Shown here piece by piece: positions 7,922 through 15,649 of a DNA stretch of 43,727 nt. Origin of the DNA: a virus; IMG/VR virus record IMGVR_UViG_3300021437_000005; one strand, 5' to 3'. The number at the start of each line of letters is the position of its first letter. The stretch's first letter is position 1. The notes under the pieces are model-generated. The model saw only the letters and a program-made list of their open reading frames with translations, made no database searches and was not told the DNA's origin. A program made the position numbers and the translations under genes.

Positions 7922-8322
7922 TTCGCTCCATCCACCGCCAGCCAGTAGATGAGCCGAAACGGTTCCGCTCGCAGCATCTCCCGTGACGCTTTGCATCCCT
8001 GTCGAGCTCGCTTCATCAGTGCCGCCTGTTGGACCTGCCGGTCGGCGGGGTCGTCACAGGGGAAATACGCATGATGCTGCGAGGGGCGCGTCGGGCTTGG
8101 CGCGGACTCCCGCATGGCTTCGACGTTGTGTCGGTCTGGTAGTCGCCCCTTCGCTCGTTCCGCCACAAACCGTTGCCAGTCCTCCGCCTTGACCATGTAG
8201 GTCCACTGTTGTCGGCCCTTGCGGGCCTTCTGCGCCGGGAGTCTACCGGCCCATATCCATTTGCGGATACTATGCGATACCACGCCGATTTGTTGCGCAC
8301 ACTCCTGGACGGTCAGGGTCAT
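7918..8322 (-). CDS. Excisionase/MerR-type HTH DNA-binding protein
   Basis: AGGAGG RBS. N-terminus LTVQECAQQIGVVSHSIRKWIWAGRLPA. Confidence 0.7.
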   Translation of the reverse strand: MTLTVQECAQQIGVVSHSIRKWIWAGRLPAQKARKGRQQWTYMVKAEDWQRFVAERAKGRLPDRHNVEAMRESAPSPTRPSQHHAYFPCDDPADRQVQQAALMKRARQGCKASREMLRAEPFRLIYWLAVDGAK

Positions 8323-8513
8323 GGTTTGCTCCTCCTTGGCACACCTCGTGCCGCACAGAGCACCTGCTCGACAAGCTGTTGCCACGGCAGCTCCCGGCGA
8401 TGCCCCTCGACGCGGCCATGCCACAGTTCCTCCTGATTGACACAGACTGATACGTCATAGTTCCCGATCGCCCTGGTCCCGGTGCCGTCATTGTGGATTT
8501 TTACGAGCAACAC
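8319..8513 (-). CDS. Small hypothetical protein (64 aa)
   Basis: AGGAGGAGG RBS then GTG 8513. Its stop overlaps the HTH gene start by 4 nt. Confidence 0.5.
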   Translation of the reverse strand: MLLVKIHNDGTGTRAIGNYDVSVCVNQEELWHGRVEGHRRELPWQQLVEQVLCAARGVPRRSKP

Positions 8514-8515
8514 GC

Positions 8516-8857
8516 TCAGCCTCCTCCTGGACCGACAGGACCACATCGCTGTCGGTTCTCCTCCGGAACGCCCTTATCCTGGGTCTCTTCCCATTCTACG
8601 ATTGCTTTCCCGCAACAGAGAGGCATCCCCGTATCATCTACCTCCCATTCATAGCCGCAATACACACACTGGTCTTGGTAGACGCGCTTCACTTCCAACG
8701 TGGCCGGGTCATGGGAGCGGTGATCCCGGATAAACTCGTGGAATTCCTTCACCCACTGCTCTGTCTTCTGAGCTTGGCGTTCGAGCGATAGGCCAACACG
8801 GCAGAAATGTGGTGGGGCGCATTCAATTTTGATATCAATAAGTACACGTTTCTTCAT
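8516..8857 (-). CDS. Hypothetical Cys-rich protein
   Basis: AGGAGGGAG RBS then ATG 8857. Cys pairs CVYCG and CCG. Confidence 0.6.
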   Translation of the reverse strand: MKKRVLIDIKIECAPPHFCRVGLSLERQAQKTEQWVKEFHEFIRDHRSHDPATLEVKRVYQDQCVYCGYEWEVDDTGMPLCCGKAIVEWEETQDKGVPEENRQRCGPVGPGGG

Positions 8858-8885
8858 GGCCACTCCCTCCTATCGTTTTCTTTGA

Positions 8886-8981
8886 TTAGGACCGTGAGCG
8901 CGTCGCTCGGCTCGACTGGACGACAATGGGTCGTGTCATTCTCGTTGGTTTTATGACAAGTTGGGTCTTCATCGTGTTCAT
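8886..8981 (-). CDS. 31-aa ORF, translationally coupled
   Basis: ATGA overlap with the upstream 41-aa gene. Fills the gap in a tightly packed operon. Too short for the ORF track. Confidence 0.3.
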   Translation of the reverse strand: MNTMKTQLVIKPTRMTRPIVVQSSRATRSRS

Positions 8982-9103
8982 CCCTCCCTTTCCAAGTCCT
9001 CCAATTTTTCGAATGCGGCATAGAGTTCATCTTTCAACTTACACGCCGGACAATCCCGGACTTCGTAGCAGACTTCATCGTGGCCATCGTCACAGAGATT
9101 CAT
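8978..9103 (-). CDS. 41-aa zinc-ribbon-like protein
   Basis: GGAGGAGG RBS. Hand translation gives MNLCDDGHDEVCYEVRDCPACK. ATGA overlaps at both ends. Confidence 0.5.
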   Translation of the reverse strand: MNLCDDGHDEVCYEVRDCPACKLKDELYAAFEKLEDLEREG

Positions 9104-9294
9104 AGTTGCTCATCCTCCTCCTTGGGCTCCACGTAGGGCACCACAATGATCGTACCCCCGCAGTATCCGCAATAGCGTTGACGATTCTCGACTGGGCCGC
9201 CCTCGATGAAGACAAACGCTTCGTCGCATTGCGTATGCCAATCTCCCTCCTCATCCTCGGTCCAGCGGCAGGAGTCGGGGTGGTCAATGATCAT
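9100..9294 (-). CDS. Small zinc-ribbon protein
   Basis: GGGAGGGGAGG RBS. Contains C..C...CGYCG. Confidence 0.65.
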   Translation of the reverse strand: MIIDHPDSCRWTEDEEGDWHTQCDEAFVFIEGGPVENRQRYCGYCGGTIIVVPYVEPKEEDEQL

Positions 9295-9629
9295 GGCCTC
9301 CCCTCCCGCTCTCGATCCAGCCGTCCCACAATCGCCTGTGCCGCCGCCTTGCCGACTGGCTTCATCTCGACCGCGTGGTGTACCTTATGCTCGGCTTCGT
9401 ACTCCTGCCGCCAGACCGCGAGGTTTTGTTGGATCGCAACGATCTGGACGCCGTGCCACGTGTAGTCCAAGGCCGCGCCGAGCAGGAACGCCACGAGGAT
9501 GGAGACGAAATAGAGTCGCCACCACGGTCGGCGCGACTCGCGCACGAGGGCCGAGATGCGACGGGCGACGGGATAGTCATGGAGACCATACCCGCGCAGT
9601 TCGTCAGTGATGCGGTCAGAGAGTTTCAT
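9291..9629 (-). CDS. Membrane protein (one TM)
   Basis: ATG 9629 overlaps the upstream stop (ATGA). TM segment WWRLYFVSILVAFLLGAAL. Confidence 0.6.
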   Translation of the reverse strand: MKLSDRITDELRGYGLHDYPVARRISALVRESRRPWWRLYFVSILVAFLLGAALDYTWHGVQIVAIQQNLAVWRQEYEAEHKVHHAVEMKPVGKAAAQAIVGRLDREREGRP

Positions 9630-9895
9630 CGCATCCCCCACACCATCCATCCGATAGCCAGTCCCACGATCACCGCGCTGAACGCGATGAACACGCGGTC
9701 CACGATCCTCAACGCCTTGCGCGTGTTCGGCCACATATCTCGTGGCTGATTCGCCAGCCGTGACGTGCTCAAGATCAGCCGGACTTCCTGCTCACGTTGC
9801 TCTCTCTGGCGTGCCTCAGCATCAGCCATCCTCGCCTCGATGGTCGAACGGAGACGCTCAATCTCTGCAACCGGAGAATCGTAGAGTCGTTTCAT
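9626..9895 (-). CDS. Coiled-coil protein with C-terminal TM
   Basis: GGAGGAGGGGAG RBS. TM segment VFIAFSAVIVGLAIGWMVW. Confidence 0.6.
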   Translation of the reverse strand: MKRLYDSPVAEIERLRSTIEARMADAEARQREQREQEVRLILSTSRLANQPRDMWPNTRKALRIVDRVFIAFSAVIVGLAIGWMVWGMR

Positions 9896-10077
9896 TATCT
9901 CCCCTCCTCCAGATACTCGCGCCACGTCCGCACCAGTTCTAGCGCCTCGTCGATCTTGGTGTCAATCTCCCGTCGTAACTCTAGCTCGTGGACCGTCCCG
10001 GCATAGTCTGGCGTGTCGCCTAGCGCATTACTGGCCTCGACCAAGGCGTTACGGAGGGCGTCAAGGGGTGCTGGCAT
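9895..10077 (-). CDS. Small helical hypothetical protein (60 aa)
   Basis: AAGGAG RBS 7 nt before ATG 10077. TAATG junction with the next gene. Confidence 0.55.
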   Translation of the reverse strand: MPAPLDALRNALVEASNALGDTPDYAGTVHELELRREIDTKIDEALELVRTWREYLEEGR

Positions 10078-10258
10078 GGTCGCGCTCCTTCGCCTCGCAC
10101 TCTCGGCAGCGCATCGTGGCCGGGTTGACCTCAGCTTTGTGCCGTCCGGGGTAGACGCCGCCGCAACCATGGCAGCGCACGTAATCGGGCTCAGCGAGGC
10201 GCACCTTCTTCCAATCTATGACTGCGCCTTCCCATAACCGACACTCGACGATTGGCAT
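10061..10258 (-). CDS. Small zinc-ribbon protein
   Basis: GGTGGAGG RBS. Contains CHGCG and CRECE. Confidence 0.6.
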   Translation of the reverse strand: MPIVECRLWEGAVIDWKKVRLAEPDYVRCHGCGGVYPGRHKAEVNPATMRCRECEAKERDHASTP

Positions 10259-10259
10259 A

Positions 10260-10520
10260 TCAGTCCTCCACCATCCCGAAGTCCTGCGAGACGGGGATAT
10301 GTGAGATGGGCGTCAACCGCATCTGCTGCATTGCCAACGTGATCCCATAGCCCACGCCGGCCAAGTAGACCGTCAACCCGATCTCCTCGCCGATGTGCGC
10401 GGTGATGCCTGGATGCTCCTCTAGCCAGCGGAGGAAGTGGGCGCGGGCTTCATGGAGGGTGAGTGGGTCCTCGCAGTGTTCCTGCTGTGGGAGTAATTGT
10501 AGGCTCAGGCCATCAGTCAC
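10260..10520 (-). CDS. Hypothetical protein
   Basis: GGAGGTGAACC then GTG start. 86 aa within the operon. Confidence 0.55.
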   Translation of the reverse strand: MTDGLSLQLLPQQEHCEDPLTLHEARAHFLRWLEEHPGITAHIGEEIGLTVYLAGVGYGITLAMQQMRLTPISHIPVSQDFGMVED

Positions 10521-11310
10521 GGTTCACCTCCAATCCGGTTCGTGCATACCAAAACGATAAGAGCGCCTCAAACATGCGCCAGCCGCGTTGTAAGTCCGCT
10601 TCTTCGCACTGCATCACCTTCGCGGCCCGATTGAGCGTGGACACGAAGATGATGCCGCAAGCGGCGTGAGGCAGACCCAACCCCTGCCGATAGGCCGACA
10701 ACTGCATAAAATGTGAGTCATAGAGCTTCATGTCGGCCAGCGGCTTGTCGGTGGTCTTGATGTCCATAACGAGCCCAGTCCACGAATCCCGCCAGTAGGG
10801 ATCGTGCAAGTCTACCTTCCCGCCGAAGCGGTCAGTAGCAAACGATTGCTCGACTCGCCACGGGACTTCTCCAAGATATTCTGCCTTCAACGCTGCTTGC
10901 ACGGCATCGTAATACTCGATCCCCAACGGCGTCACATCGTCCATCCGTCCCTCGAACGCTGCCTGTATCCAGGCGTGGATCTGCGTGCCGCGTTCTGCCG
11001 CCTTCCGTGCCGTCTCCTTCGCGTCGGCTTTGATCCGCTCCACCCACACGTCCTCTGACTCTCCCTCAATGCGAGGGAGCGTGAGTGCGGACAGCAGCAC
11101 TTGATTCTCTTTCCAGTTATTCAATCCTGGGGCGTTCGCTTCGTTAGTAACCGTCGTCACGCTTGGCAGTAAACCAAGCTGCCGTGCATCTCGAAGCGTG
11201 GTGGGGCGCTCGGTTCCATTTTTGCCCTTCACGGTGTAGGCCGGTTCGCCTGTGCGGGTATACCAATGGCCAGCGGCGGATACGTAGGGGGTCGTGATAA
11301 GCTCAGCCAT
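10513..11310 (-). CDS. PD-(D/E)xK recombination exonuclease (YqaJ/Cas4-like)
   Basis: VDLHD, MDIKT (D-x-K) and QLSAYR motifs. Start overlaps the recT stop (TGATG). This is the classic RecT partner position. Confidence 0.7.
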   Translation of the reverse strand: MAELITTPYVSAAGHWYTRTGEPAYTVKGKNGTERPTTLRDARQLGLLPSVTTVTNEANAPGLNNWKENQVLLSALTLPRIEGESEDVWVERIKADAKETARKAAERGTQIHAWIQAAFEGRMDDVTPLGIEYYDAVQAALKAEYLGEVPWRVEQSFATDRFGGKVDLHDPYWRDSWTGLVMDIKTTDKPLADMKLYDSHFMQLSAYRQGLGLPHAACGIIFVSTLNRAAKVMQCEEADLQRGWRMFEALLSFWYARTGLEVNRD

Positions 11311-12230
11311 CACGCATCCATCCCCGGCTCATAGCCTTGCGCCGCGTCTGCATCGTACCCGCCTACCACTTCCATGTCCGTCACCGTCAGAAATTGGCCA
11401 TTCTGTTTGTAGTGCAGGACCACCGACTGACCCGCCCGCTCACGGGCGCCCTCCCCTATTATCTTGTCAAACGTGCCGTAGGTCTGGCCGTTCATCACGA
11501 TGCCGTAGCGCGTCCACGGTTTACCCTTCGTGCTCCCTTCCTTGACCAGCACGTCCACGATCACGCCCTCGACGGTCTGGACATCCTCGTCAGCAGCGGT
11601 GGTCTGAGGTGCGGGGCGCGTAACGGGTTCGTTCGCGGCTTGTGTGGCGGCTGGTGCCTGCTGTGTAGCAGGGATCTCCACCACTTCACCCGTCTGCATG
11701 TCCACCACCGCGCCCATTTCATCGGGATCGTAGACCCCGCTCAGGATGTCGGGTGCGATCGCCTTGAGCCCGTTGCTGGCCGCTCGCCAGCGCAACATGA
11801 TCTTTGGGTATGTCGTCCAGTTGCCGCCCTTCTTGAGCAGTCCAGCACGGTCCGCATCGGCCAGCGTAAACGTCTCGGTGTGCGTATCGCCGTTGGGATG
11901 AGTGAGGGTGATGGTGGCGTGACTCTCATCAGAAGCCACCCATTGCGCCCGCCCGCCGCGCTGCTTGAACAACGCGAGCTGGAGTTCGGCGGCGAGACAC
12001 GGCTTGCCCTGGATCACATTGATGAGCCGGAGCGATTTCATGGGCGGCAAGCCCAGCTCTTGGCCGGTGAGGATGATGGCCACAGCTTGCGCGGGGGTCT
12101 TGATCGCGGTGGGGAGAAAGCCGGTGGTGACCAACTCCTTCGCCAGCGCCATCAAGGTGCGATAGTCGTGGTGCTGCTGGATAACTTTCGGTTCGTGTGG
12201 GGTTGGTAGTGCTGATTCGCTACTCATCAT
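11310..12230 (-). CDS. recT: RecT-family single-strand annealing protein with C-terminal OB-like extension
   Basis: KTPAQAVAIILTGQELGLPPMKSLRLINVIQGKPCLAAEL and the WTTYPKIMLRWRA core. A further ~110 aa follow the core. Confidence 0.85.
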   Translation of the reverse strand: MMSSESALPTPHEPKVIQQHHDYRTLMALAKELVTTGFLPTAIKTPAQAVAIILTGQELGLPPMKSLRLINVIQGKPCLAAELQLALFKQRGGRAQWVASDESHATITLTHPNGDTHTETFTLADADRAGLLKKGGNWTTYPKIMLRWRAASNGLKAIAPDILSGVYDPDEMGAVVDMQTGEVVEIPATQQAPAATQAANEPVTRPAPQTTAADEDVQTVEGVIVDVLVKEGSTKGKPWTRYGIVMNGQTYGTFDKIIGEGARERAGQSVVLHYKQNGQFLTVTDMEVVGGYDADAAQGYEPGMDA

Positions 12231-12424
12231 TCTCCCTTCGCCTCCGTGGATTCGGCCTGTTCGTTCATGTAATACGGTTCTAGCATCTTCTCCAATGTAT
12301 TCCTACACGCCTGGAGGGCAAGCCTGCTGAGGTCGGTGGGATCGTAATAATAGACTTGGATGGCTGAGCCATACGCCTCCAACGCCTTAATGGTGGCGAG
12401 ATGTTTTTCCTTGATGTAGCTCAT
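12227..12424 (-). CDS. Small hypothetical protein (65 aa)
   Basis: GAGGGAGAACG then ATG 12424. Overlaps recT. Confidence 0.55.
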   Translation of the reverse strand: MSYIKEKHLATIKALEAYGSAIQVYYYDPTDLSRLALQACRNTLEKMLEPYYMNEQAESTEAKGE

Positions 12425-12594
12425 CGTTCTCCCTCTTGTTCCATCCATCGTTTTGCCTCATCCATTTCATCCGGTCCTCCATGCTCCTCCACCTGCCGCC
12501 TGATATGCTCCCGCTGGATCGCCTGGATGCGCAGCAGGGCCGATGCGTAGCCAAGGTAATCCTCGTTGTGCTGGATCGTGATGGTCTCAGTCAT
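12421..12594 (-). CDS. 57-aa hypothetical protein
   Basis: GGAGGCTGTA then ATG. Hand translation starts MTETITIQHNEDYLGY. Both ends overlap neighbours (TAATG and ATGA). Confidence 0.45.
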   Translation of the reverse strand: MTETITIQHNEDYLGYASALLRIQAIQREHIRRQVEEHGGPDEMDEAKRWMEQEGER

Positions 12595-12872
12595 TACAGC
12601 CTCCGTTGTCGCTGAGCAAGCGCCTCTACGCTATCTAGATCATAGTGGGCGCAATCCTGGATCAGTGAATCGTACCCGCGAATCTCTCGCACCCGTTCCC
12701 GTGGTTTCGCGTCACGCACAGTCAACACGAGCGTAGTGCCGTCGGTGTACCTAATCCCGTAGGTCTTCTCAGCCCAAGCACGGAGACGCTTGAATGCACC
12801 AGGATGCACAGTCCGATGGACGACGTGCCGCTGGGATTCACCCTCGATAATAAATCGTGACTTAGTTGTCAT
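12594..12872 (-). CDS. Hypothetical protein
   Basis: GAGGAGGGGG RBS then ATG 12872. 92 aa. Confidence 0.6.
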   Translation of the reverse strand: MTTKSRFIIEGESQRHVVHRTVHPGAFKRLRAWAEKTYGIRYTDGTTLVLTVRDAKPRERVREIRGYDSLIQDCAHYDLDSVEALAQRQRRL

Positions 12873-12984
12873 GCTCACCCCCTCCTCTCGCCACCAAGCT
12901 CATCACCACGACCGTTACGAGCATCAGCGCGAGCCAGGTGAGGCCCCATAGGAGCCAGATTGCCGGATTTCCAAAGAGCGTCAT
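12862..12984 (-). CDS. 40-aa membrane peptide, first gene of leftward operon 1
   Basis: AAGGAGG RBS. TM segment AIWLLWGLTWLALMLVTVVVMSLV. Confidence 0.5.
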   Translation of the reverse strand: MTLFGNPAIWLLWGLTWLALMLVTVVVMSLVARGGGEHDN

Positions 12985-13005
12985 CGTGTCCTCCTTTCTG
13001 GACAT

Positions 13006-13034
13006 ACAATAATCCCTCGTTCTCGCAATGTCAA
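13006..13034 (-). promoter_or_regulatory. Leftward early promoter
   Basis: Minus strand reads TTGACA, 17 nt, TATTGT. The -10 lies about 20 nt upstream of the RBS/ATG at 12984. Confidence 0.65.
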
Positions 13035-13065
13035 GAGAAATCTTACGGTCTATGTAAAATAATTC

Positions 13066-13094
13066 TTGACTCAAACTCTCGTCTGTCGTATTGT
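13066..13094 (+). promoter_or_regulatory. Rightward early promoter (predicts a leaderless transcript)
   Basis: TTGACT, 17 nt, TATTGT. ATG 13101 lies 7 nt after the -10. Confidence 0.65.
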
Positions 13095-13100
13095 ATGTAC

Positions 13101-13325
13101 ATGCTCACAACAAATGCCTATCAAAAAGTCCATGAGTCGTGTAAATTTTGCGGGAAACCGCGTGACGGCAAGCCGATGCTGATATGCGCCGACTGCCGCA
13201 AGGTGTATAATCGGGAGAAACGCCAGGAATCGAGGATGCGCCGACTATCTGATAATGAGATTGGAGGTGATCGGCTGATGGCGAAGGCGAAGAAGGCGGC
13301 AAAGAAAGTGGCGAAGAAGACGTAA
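13101..13325 (+). CDS. Zinc-ribbon protein with Lys/Ala-rich basic tail
   Basis: CKFCG and CADCR pairs. C-terminal tail AKAKKAAKKVAKKT. No RBS, and the ATG sits at the predicted transcription start. Confidence 0.55.
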   Translation: MLTTNAYQKVHESCKFCGKPRDGKPMLICADCRKVYNREKRQESRMRRLSDNEIGGDRLMAKAKKAAKKVAKKT

Positions 13326-13468
13326 CGTCAACTCCGCGCCCTCGGATAGCTACCGTGGGCAGCCGTTCACTCGGCACGCGGCTGGAGGGGGTCGCCCGGC
13401 GTCCTTGGGTTCCGGGTGGCCCTTCCAGTAACCCAAGGATGAGATATGATGTCTCCCAGGATGCTCCA

Positions 13469-14329
13469 ATGCCAAATCGAGTGATTAAGGACTCCATTTG
13501 GTCCTCCCCTACGCTCGCTAAACTACCGCTCGATGCTCAACTCCACTGGCCTCGCTGGTTGCTCATGGCTGATGATTGGGGCTGCTTCAACGCCGACCCT
13601 GATGTGATCCGGGGATTGGTATACCCGAAAGTCCCAAGTATGACGATTAAGAAAATCTTCGATCTGTGTCAGACGTATGTGAAAGCTGGCCTGTTGTTCC
13701 TGTGGGAAGAATCGGAACGGCTCTGGGGATACTTCACGTCCTGGAACGGCCACCAGTTTTGTAACGTCACACACCTCGACGAGGACGGCAAACAACTCCG
13801 ACACAAGCGAAAGACCTCCGAACCACCAGAAAATGAGCTGAAAGCCTATCTTGAGCAACATAAGCAAATAAGTCAATCAGTTAGCAGAGAGTTAGAGCGG
13901 ATTAGAGCGGGTCAGAACAAATATCGGAATCCTAATCCTAATCCTAATCCTAATCCTAATCCTAAAACTACTATTGTCTCGAACAGTTCGGCTAACGCCG
14001 AAGATTCGAGACCGCCTTCGATTGAGCCCTCAAATGGTCACGTGGAAACCCCGGAAGAATGGAAACCCGTAGAAACCCATCTCCGCACCCTCACGATTCT
14101 CAATCAGCCTGAATTGTACGATTGGACTTTCTGGAAACGCCTCGATGAAGGCCACCGGGAATTCCCCGATCTCTCGATTTGCGATGAACTCAGTAAGGCT
14201 GAAGCGTGGTTACTGGCAAACCCCCGCAAGGCCGCTACCAAGAAGCACTGGAAACGCTTTATTTTGAACTGGTTTACTAATGCCACAACGCGAAAGGTGA
14301 GATATGAAAAAAGCCAGCCATACCGATAA
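13469..14329 (+). CDS. Replisome organiser / replication initiation protein (start uncertain: 13439 or 13469)
   Basis: N-terminus IKDSIWSSPTLAKLPLDAQLHWPRWLLMADDWGCF resembles the phage replisome-organiser N-domain. Central linker encoded by DNA repeats. Confidence 0.6.
   Translation: MPNRVIKDSIWSSPTLAKLPLDAQLHWPRWLLMADDWGCFNADPDVIRGLVYPKVPSMTIKKIFDLCQTYVKAGLLFLWEESERLWGYFTSWNGHQFCNVTHLDEDGKQLRHKRKTSEPPENELKAYLEQHKQISQSVSRELERIRAGQNKYRNPNPNPNPNPNPKTTIVSNSSANAEDSRPPSIEPSNGHVETPEEWKPVETHLRTLTILNQPELYDWTFWKRLDEGHREFPDLSICDELSKAEAWLLANPRKAATKKHWKRFILNWFTNATTRKVRYEKSQPYR
13880..13911. repeat. Three tandem ~10-bp iteron-like units
   Basis: TTAGCAGAGAG / TTAGAGCGGA / TTAGAGCGGG, read directly from the sequence. 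Confidence 0.6.
13928..13963. repeat. (AATCCT)x6 perfect hexanucleotide repeat encoding (NP)6
   Basis: Six perfect units counted in the sequence. Confidence 0.95.
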
Positions 14330-14711
14330 ACCCACCAAAGCCGACCGTACCTTAATCTGCCCTCATGACGGGTCCCCGTTGATCCGTACCGGCCCTCGCC
14401 AGGGATTTTGCGAAAAAGCCGATGGCTACCCCTTGATGCGCTGGTGGTGGACTCCAGAGGCCAACAAGGGCAAGGGCGCATGGGAGGCCCAGGGTTGGGC
14501 ATGTCCGTTTGCCTGTCCGAAGTGCGGACATGGCCTCGAATGGGATGGCTGTTGTCTGTCGTGTGGGCCAAAAATCGGCGCTCCTGGGGATCGCTATCAG
14601 CGTGATCGGAATCACTGGAAGTATGAGCGGGGACCAGAAGCCGCGATGACCCCAACACAGCACGCGGCGCTCTTGCTACGCTTCAAGGCGCTCAGCGCGA
14701 GTTTGGCGTAG
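14304..14711 (+). CDS. Cys-rich zinc-finger protein
   Basis: AAGGTGAGAT then ATG. Contains CPFACPKCGHGLEWDGCCLSCG. Confidence 0.65.
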   Translation: MKKASHTDKPTKADRTLICPHDGSPLIRTGPRQGFCEKADGYPLMRWWWTPEANKGKGAWEAQGWACPFACPKCGHGLEWDGCCLSCGPKIGAPGDRYQRDRNHWKYERGPEAAMTPTQHAALLLRFKALSASLA

Positions 14712-14724
14712 GGAGGCCCTAACG

Positions 14725-15057
14725 ATGGCATGGCTTGATAGCTGGCGCAAATATATCAGCACCAGTGGGCGCACACCCGACACGCAGACCGTCAACACCT
14801 CACCGACGATGATCTGTCGGCTCCCGCAGTCGGCTGCCGCGCTCCCGCGCAATTTCAAGCGGCTGCGGCAACAGCGAGGGCTCACCGTCGCCGAGCTGTC
14901 ACGGTTGGCGGTGGATCGGGATGGGCACGTGAGCCGGTCCACGATCCGGGCGATTGAGCGCGGCGCGACCAATCCGACGTTGAGCACAGTCCTTGCGCTC
15001 GCTCGCGCCCTCAATGTTGGCATAGAAGCGCTGGTCGAGGAGGGAGGGGAGGGGTGA
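14725..15057 (+). CDS. XRE (Cro/CI-type) HTH transcriptional regulator
   Basis: GGGAGG RBS. LKRLRQQRGLTVAELSRLA...STIRAIERGATNPTLSTVLALARAL. Confidence 0.8.
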   Translation: MAWLDSWRKYISTSGRTPDTQTVNTSPTMICRLPQSAAALPRNFKRLRQQRGLTVAELSRLAVDRDGHVSRSTIRAIERGATNPTLSTVLALARALNVGIEALVEEGGEG

Positions 15058-15419
15058 GCCATCACTACGAGACGGTCAGGCGCATCTACGAACCGCAGGA
15101 GTGCAATAGCGGGGCGGCGAGAGCGGGAGCGAAACCCGGCAACCACCACAAGGACAAGGGAAATCGGCGCGAGCGCCAAGCGAAGGCCGTCCTGGAGGCG
15201 GACGGCTGGCTTGTGGTAAAGGCTGGCGGATCATTGGGCCTGTTCGACCTGGTGGCGCTGCATGTTGACTATGGGGTGCTGCTCGTGCAGGTTAAAAGCA
15301 ATCGCCCGCCGGCACGGGCTGAAATGGATGCCCTGCATGCCTTCCAGTGTCATTCCTCATGGCGCAAGGAATTGTGGGTCTACGTGGATCGGGAAGGGTG
15401 GAAGGTGAAGGGGCTATGA
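15054..15419 (+). CDS. Hjc-like PD-(D/E)xK nuclease (Holliday junction resolvase candidate)
   Basis: ERQAKAVLEADGW..., GLFDLVAL and LLVQVKS give the E...D...(E/Q)-V-K spacing. Confidence 0.65.
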   Translation: MSHHYETVRRIYEPQECNSGAARAGAKPGNHHKDKGNRRERQAKAVLEADGWLVVKAGGSLGLFDLVALHVDYGVLLVQVKSNRPPARAEMDALHAFQCHSSWRKELWVYVDREGWKVKGL

Positions 15420-15649
15420 GAGTGACCGCCATTCGATCCATCCGGGCGTTTTGCGTGGAGTGCATCGGTGGGGCGGTGTATGTCGAGGATTGCACGGCAA
15501 TCAAATGTCAGCTCTATCCGTTCAGGATGGGCAAAAACCCGAATATCTCAGCAGAAACAAAGGAGAAATCTCGCATACGGATGTTAGACCGATTAGCCAC
15601 ACAGGTAGATCAGGCGTCAGTTAAAGGAAACAAACATAATGAAGGCTGA
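15416..15649 (+). CDS. Small Cys-rich protein
   Basis: ATGA overlap with the upstream gene. FCVECIGG...CTAIKCQLYPFRMGKNP. Confidence 0.6.
   Translation: MRVTAIRSIRAFCVECIGGAVYVEDCTAIKCQLYPFRMGKNPNISAETKEKSRIRMLDRLATQVDQASVKGNKHNEG

Noticed and set aside
11337-12209. 290-aa plus-strand ORF opposite recT
   Set aside because: The opposite strand encodes an unmistakable RecT. The plus-frame product is low-complexity and Arg/His/Leu/Gly-rich.
13928-13963. Tandem repeat considered as a CRISPR array or minisatellite element
   Set aside because: The unit is only 6 bp with no spacers, and it is in frame inside a gene. It is a coding microsatellite, not a CRISPR array.
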